NCBI GenBank assembly: GCA_964234715.1
Contig: OZ174279.1
Origin: Podarcis melisellensis
Lineage: Eukaryota
Direction: 5' to 3' (one strand)
DNA length: 64,000 bases
Shown here: positions 57,831 through 64,000 of the stretch, one piece after another
Position numbering within the stretch: position 1 is the first letter of the stretch
How the letters are laid out: each line of letters starts with the position of its first letter
Made by a program: the position numbers and the translations under genes
Notes under the pieces: generated by a model
The model's input: the letters and a program-made list of their open reading frames with translations, nothing else
Database searches by the model: none
Told to the model about the DNA's origin: nothing

Positions 57831-60800
57831 GCTGCTTATGGGGACTTCCGACAGCTTTGCTCACAAGGGTCATAGGAACGTGCAAGCACACTCACCAGCA
57901 CCAGCCCCTCCCAGTTAAGTAGACTGCTATTTGTGGGTTTAAATAAACACTCTCCTGTTCCTGTTTTCATCCTGATACACATCCAGCCTTGTGTTAAAGG
58001 CACTAGTAGTAAACAGTGGGGAAACTGGCATGGAGCTGAAGTAAGATAGATGCATCCTTCCTATTGTATAGTAAGTCAGATTTCAGTGACCTGAAGCAAG
58101 ATTGTCCTTTTCTGAGAAAATTGGAAAAGCAGAAAATGGTTTAGGGAGCAGAGGAAGGTTATCTGATTAGAACACTTCTGAATGACAGCAGCTTTTGAGT
58201 GGAATATAAAATAATTATCTCATTTGTGGTCAGTTGAGATTGCATGTTGTTTATTCTCTCTAGGAGACTGGGTGACCTTTATTTTATGTATGTATTTCAT
58301 TGTTGTAGTTTTTTACTTGATATTATTTACTTGTTTGTATTTTTTTTAAATGAAGTCCAGATCAACCCATCTTTTCATATTATTTATCACCAGTGTCACA
58401 AACACACTGCTCTGATGATATGTCTTTGCTCCTCCTTCCATCTAGTGTAGGATCTTTTTAGTTTTTCCTTACTTTGTCTTCACCTTCTAGTATCCAGAAG
58501 TTTCACAGCCCTCCCAGAAAAGTGTATTCTAAACTGTCCATATTGAGGGAGATCTTTTGGATTGGGATAATTTCAAAGATGTTATTCTAGAGGCACAGAT
58601 AGTGAAGAACTGTACTACCTCAGGACTCCTTGCTTATATAAGCTCCCATTGTTTATCAAAAACATTCTCTTAGATACATGGAAAAGTATGTTGTTTTAAC
58701 AGGAAATCTCTTCCATTCATTCTACAATGGGATAGTTCCATGAGAAGTCTGTGGCTTTTGATGGCTTTTCTTATTTAGATTTATCCCACCTAGAGCAGGG
58801 GTAGGTATTAAAGGCCAAATTTGACATGGTGGTATGTGTATGTTTTCTCTAAGTCTAGGACCTGATCACAGAACACAGGAGGCACTATCTTTCTGTGTGT
58901 CACACATGTGGAAGCATATCATTTAGACTTCACAAGTATTTTAAAGCATTATAAATGCACATATAAAACAATATAAATCTCTATATAACCACACTAACCA
59001 GTACTTGAAAGTTGTGTGTGTGTGAGTGTGTGTGTGTAAAATATATACATTACTTGTCATATATACAAATACATTACAAGTGCTGGTTACTGCAGTTGCA
59101 TGCAAAGTACTATGGATATATTTTCTTAAATGTATTAATGTTACCATAATCATTTATTTAATGAATAAAAGATTTAGAGAGAAAACAAGGTAGGAAAGCA
59201 AGACAGTTGAGGTCGAAACCCAGAAGCAAGGGTCAGTTTTATCTTACTAGATCTTGTTAGACAATTGTCCCTTTATTCCTAGCATAGCCCAGATAGTTGT
59301 CTGTGTAAGTAATCTGGCTTTTTCTCTTGAACCTGTTCTGCTCTCAGCTTTTTAATGCCTTGTTTTTAACTTAGCGGCAGACTAAGTTACATTTATTTTG
59401 ACTCTTGCCAGAGCCCTGTGCAGTGGCCTGAGAGTTATGCAGCAAGAGACCTCCATCCATGTTGTTAGGTGGATTAACATCTGAAAGAAACAGCCTCTTC
59501 CTTTAAGGGCAGGCTCACAGGCCATGCTATTGTATATAATACTTCAAAGTTTCATTCCTGGGACTGCTCTTGAAAATTACCCATAATTGTCAGCTGATGC
59601 AAAGCACTATTCCCGCCCCCCGCCCCCTAAGTCTTTGGGGAGGATGAACCAAAGGCAATAAGTTATTTGGCTGTTGAGCACTGGTTATCAGTTAGCTTCT
59701 GGGTGCAATGCAAGGTGCTGGTTTTAGACTATGAAGCTCTTTTCGGCAACATAAAACATTTTATTTAAACTGGTATGGGTGGACAGGGATAGGGTAGAGT
59801 TGCTAGCTTACTGTTATTACCTGTCCTGAGCTCATGGGGTAAAGCAGGCCATAATTACAGTTAATAACTAACAAAATCCTTCATGTGGACTTTCTGAGGA
59901 GTTGTACCAACAAAATATATTTAAGAGTTGATTCAATTTTACATGTATTTGATACGCCCTTTTTTCCAATTTTACCTCATCTAGTATCGGAATAGAAATA
60001 ATTCCATTTGCCTCAGGCCCTCATTGATAGCTCACATTTTATACTATGGTCACAGAACATTACAATTCTGTTAAAAGGCTTCATTGTTATACAACCATTT
60101 AAGAGTTAAGTTTGTTCAACTCTATTAGGGTCCCAATATTAATTAGCCATATCTTCTCAGCGGCACTATGTTCGCTTTCTTGTTTTAAGAAAGTGGTCAG
60201 TTTTGCTGTAGTTATTAAATTCCCCCAAAGCATATTAATGTCTAAGTTAACAACTCTCAAGGGGTGAATTCATTTGTGCATTCCAACATTTTTCCTAATA
60301 TACTACAGAAATGTATGCAATATGACTTGATTTTAAAACACCAACCATTTCACATTGCCATTGTTAATTTGAATATGTCAGATAAATCCTTTTAGATCTG
60401 GCAGGGACAAGGAACTAAAAAACACATCTTATTATATAGAGAGCTTATAGAAACACAGTATATGAGCCATATTTGTAAATATATGGCCATTGTTTATCAG
60501 GGATCTCAGTGTCTATAAAGTTTTCTATTTTTAGGGCTGTGTTGCCATGCAGATCTGCATGGCTCTGTTCTATGAGTTCCATAATGTTTTAGGGCTCAGG
60601 CTGCAATCATATCTGTACTGGGACTTTCTTCCATTTTAGGACTGTACAGTTCTCCATCTCTGTTAATTTATGTTTTGAACAATTGACTTGTCTTTTCTAA
60701 TCTAGAAGTTGATAATGGCTACATGTAACAAGAGTGCTGCACCTAGTGATGCTGTGTTCCAGAGTGACAATGAGCTTGAGCCCTTCCTTCCTCTTTCTTT

Positions 60801-61021
60801 TAAGCACATGAGACAAGCCCAGTTGGATCCTACCAAAGGCCCATCTAGTCTATTATCCTGTTCTCTCTATGACCAACCAAATGCCCATGAGGAGCCTGCA
60901 AGGAGAACCTCAGTACAGTTGTACTCTCCCCCACTTGTGATTCCTAACAACTGGTATTGAAGGGCATTCTCCCTTCAACAGTGGAAGTAGCTAGTAGCCA
61001 TTAATAGCCTTATCCTCTATG

Positions 61022-61144
61022 GCAGGCATAGCTAAACTTTGCCCTCCAGATGTTTTGGGACTACAGCTCCCATCATCCCTAGCTATCAGGACCAGTGGTC
61101 AGGGATGATGGGAATTGTAGTCCCAAAACATTTGGAGGGCCAAG
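61022..61144. mobile_element. Palindromic MITE inside an older LINE fragment (~60806-61250); decayed relatives near 27494-27560 and 44645-44720
   Basis: GCCCTCCAGATGTTTTGGGACTACAGCTCCCATCATCCCT / AGGGATGATGGGAATTGTAGTCCCAAAACATTTGGAGGGC inverted arms. Confidence 0.75.
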
Positions 61145-63413
61145 CGACTATGGGTTTGTCTAAACCTCTTTTATAGCCATCTACATTTGTGGCTATCTCT
61201 ACATCTTGTGATAGCAAGTTCATAGATTTAACTCTGTGCTATGTGAACATGTTTTTTGGCTCGTAGTTTAAGCATTATGAGATAGGGTGAAAACCCTCTC
61301 TGTATTCACTTCCTCCGCACAATGCTTAGTTTTATTTTCCCTTTCTCTTGTGTACTTGGCTGCAAGGATTCTTCCTGATTGCTTAAACCATAGTTTCTGG
61401 TGATATTTGAATTGGGAAATGGTAGCTTTCAGGACTCCCTACAAAGAGTGCAGATAAGGATCAGATTATCACAGGAAGCTGTGGTTTTAAAATCCACTAA
61501 CTTTTCTTTGCAGCTAGATGGGGAAGGAGAGCAGGGAAGGGGAGGGGAGAGAGAATAAGGAAGTGGTCCAGCTTGCCACTTGTTCATGTGGCAGCAAACT
61601 GTGGTTTGTTGCAATGATGACCTTGATTCATCTGAACCAGGCCAATGAGTGCTTTAGTTCTAAGGTGCCTTTGTTTTACACTCCAAAGTGTTCCATTTCA
61701 ACCAACTTAATTCAAGAGGACTGAACATTTCCTAAGAATAGGACATGAACTTACTAGGCACCCATAGTTATTAGTTGCTGTTAAACGTTTTAAACTTTGG
61801 CTTGCACCAACATGCTTGTTTTTTGTATATGTACTGGAATAAGAATAACTGTAGAGATCAGAAACCTGTACTGTGACATCGACATATTTAGGTTGACATT
61901 TTTTTAATGAGAATATAAAGTGTCAAAGATGTTGCTTAGGGCTATTTCAGCTACTAGTTAGTGAGCTGGATTAAGCAGTGGGTGCCCCATGAGAACAAGA
62001 ACTTCCGCAGGTATGTTGCTATAGCATGCACTGGAAGAATAGAGAAAATAAAATTATATCCTGAATATACAGTTTTTTCAGATATAATCAAGAACCAATT
62101 TACACTTACTATTTTAGGCACACACCAAAGTTTTAAAAGTGTGCAGCTAAAATACGTAAAGTGTGAATGTGACAAACACATGTTTGCAAATATATATTTC
62201 ACACATATACTTCTCAGGGTCATGTGATCGGCTGCAGCTCTCTCTTGATTTTATGTTCAGTAGCAAACCCTGGTTTGCCCCTGTGTAATTTGTGAAATGG
62301 TCCCCAAAGGACAGTTATTTGGAGATCAGCAAAGCTTTTTAGATCCTGCTTCTACAAAATGAATTGAGGTTGAACATTTCACTTAGGGGTTGTGTACTTT
62401 TTTCAAGATACTGTAAGTGTACATTTGGAGTGCCCATAGGCCTGTGACACTTGGTGAATACTTCAGGATATAACAGATATCTTTTACTTAATGCACTTTT
62501 TCAAGTGATTATCTGGAGGTGAAATTTATTTAACCCTGTTTTATTTTTCTTACCCTGCAGCCCCTCACTGCCTTTTTTAAACACTCCCAAATTAAATTAA
62601 AGGATAGTGTTGAAAATATGTACAAACAGTAAACATATATGTTTGCGTAAGTTAATTAAGTGAAACTGTCTCCAGAGTCTTTGCCCTTTGTTTTTGTTTT
62701 TTATTACACCCCTTTCTCTATGGTAGGTTTTCATTTATTGTTGATATTCATTAACACATACTGCAATTTTTCCCCACTGGGAACTTTTACTGTTCTATAC
62801 TCAGTAAAATTCTACACTATAAATGAAAGTACTATGTAGAAAGTATGCCTACTGGACTCCTCTTTAACACCATTTAAAACTTGCAATAGTCTAATCCTTG
62901 CATTGTTTTTTTACTGGGAGCAAAAGGACAATGGAGGCACGGTCCACTGTATACTTCTGTCCTATAGAAGCTAAAACTGTATCATGTCAGGACCTGCCAG
63001 CACCCAGAGCCAGATTTAGATGAGATTTCATCATCATCGGAAGAGCTCATGGGTTCTAGCAAGAACTAGGGCTAGGCGAATTCCTGAGATCATATACTAG
63101 GGTGATATTCCACCCAGGGAAACTGCAGAATTGGAAGAAATAATGTGCCTCAGCTGGACACACTCCCATCTCTGTGGCATTTAATGTACTGTGTCATCTA
63201 TAAAGTGTCATATACAACATTACAGATTAGAAGAGTAACACAAATGTGTTATCTTCACTTTTTGAACTGTATGCATTTCACATTAATAATGCAACTCTCC
63301 TCTTTCACTATGGATATCCTGAAAACTCTACCAGAAGATGCACATACCATGGAAATGGCATATTATATATGTCATGGTTGTCACCATGCTGGAAATGCCT
63401 ATAATTCAAGGTT

Positions 63414-63668
63414 AAGGTAACAGTGAAGGGACCCCTGACCATTAAGTCCAGTCACGGACGACTCTGGGGTTGCGGCACTCATCTCGCTTTACTGGCTGAG
63501 GGAGCCGGCATTTGTCTGCAGACAGCTTCCAGGTCATGTGGCCAGCATAACTAGGCCATTTCTGGCAAACCAGAGCAGCACATGGAAATGCCATTTACCT
63601 TCCCGCTGTCGTGGTACCTATTTATCTACTTGCACTTTGATGTGCTTTTGAACTGCTAGGTTGGCAGG
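63414..63668 (-). mobile_element. 5'-truncated Sauria SINE
   Basis: Reverse complement of the SINE body seen at 41350-41850. Confidence 0.85.
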
Positions 63669-63801
63669 TTACAGTGGATATATACACAGTGTGTTCTCCC
63701 ACTTGATTGTGACAAAATGGTTGACTGAATGAATTTCTAGTAAACAAAATGAAATAAGTCAATGTAGCAGGGGCTGAGTTTTGAAACATTATTCTGTCAT
63801 A

Positions 63802-64000
63802 CAACAACAACAACAACAACAACAATAATTTATTATTTATACCCCGCCCATCTGGCTGGGCCTCCCCAGCCACTCTGGGCGGCTTCCATAAAAACCAAAA
63901 ATACAGTAAAATCACACGTTAAAAACTTCCCTGAACAGGGCTGCCTTAAGATGTCTTCTGAATGTCAGGTAGTTGTTTATTGCTTTGACATCTGCTGGAA
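63802..64000 (-). mobile_element. L2-like LINE 3' end running off the window
   Basis: (CAA)n/(AAT) tail then TTTATACCCCGCCCATCTGGCTGGG..CTCTGGGCGGCTTCC, reverse of the 7130-7248 family. Confidence 0.65.

Overview
Vertebrate genomic DNA, most likely a squamate (lacertid-type lizard), judged from Sauria SINEs, BovB and CR1 remnants. The only host protein-coding gene visible is LRRTM3 on the minus strand: a 4-nt coding exon 1 (ATGG, 17999-18002), a 327-nt intron, and exon 2 (17671-16134), giving a 513-aa isoform ending in ECEV. In other vertebrates LRRTM3 lies inside an intron of CTNNA3 on the opposite strand, so the window is probably intronic; I found no CTNNA3 exon. Two very young LTR retrotransposons sit 2.7 kb apart upstream of LRRTM3. 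(1) A full-length Tf1/sushi-type chromovirus (44786-50283, +, CCCAT TSD, 408-bp LTRs with one mismatch). It has a self-priming PBS, a frameshift pseudoknot, and a Pol ORF that reads through the PPT and across 75% of the 3' LTR. Behind a degenerate chromodomain its integrase tail carries two acidic F..FxGF-type motifs resembling LEDGF-IBD/TFIIS-N-domain binding motifs; this is the most interesting lead here. (2) A Copia-type element (53003-56971, -, AGAGA TSD, identical 461-bp LTRs) with one uninterrupted 917-aa ORF that lacks RT/RNase H and has degenerate protease and integrase sites. The rest is SINE/LINE/MITE debris, microsatellites and several template-switch scars. All calls come from reading the sequence by eye; no searches were run.
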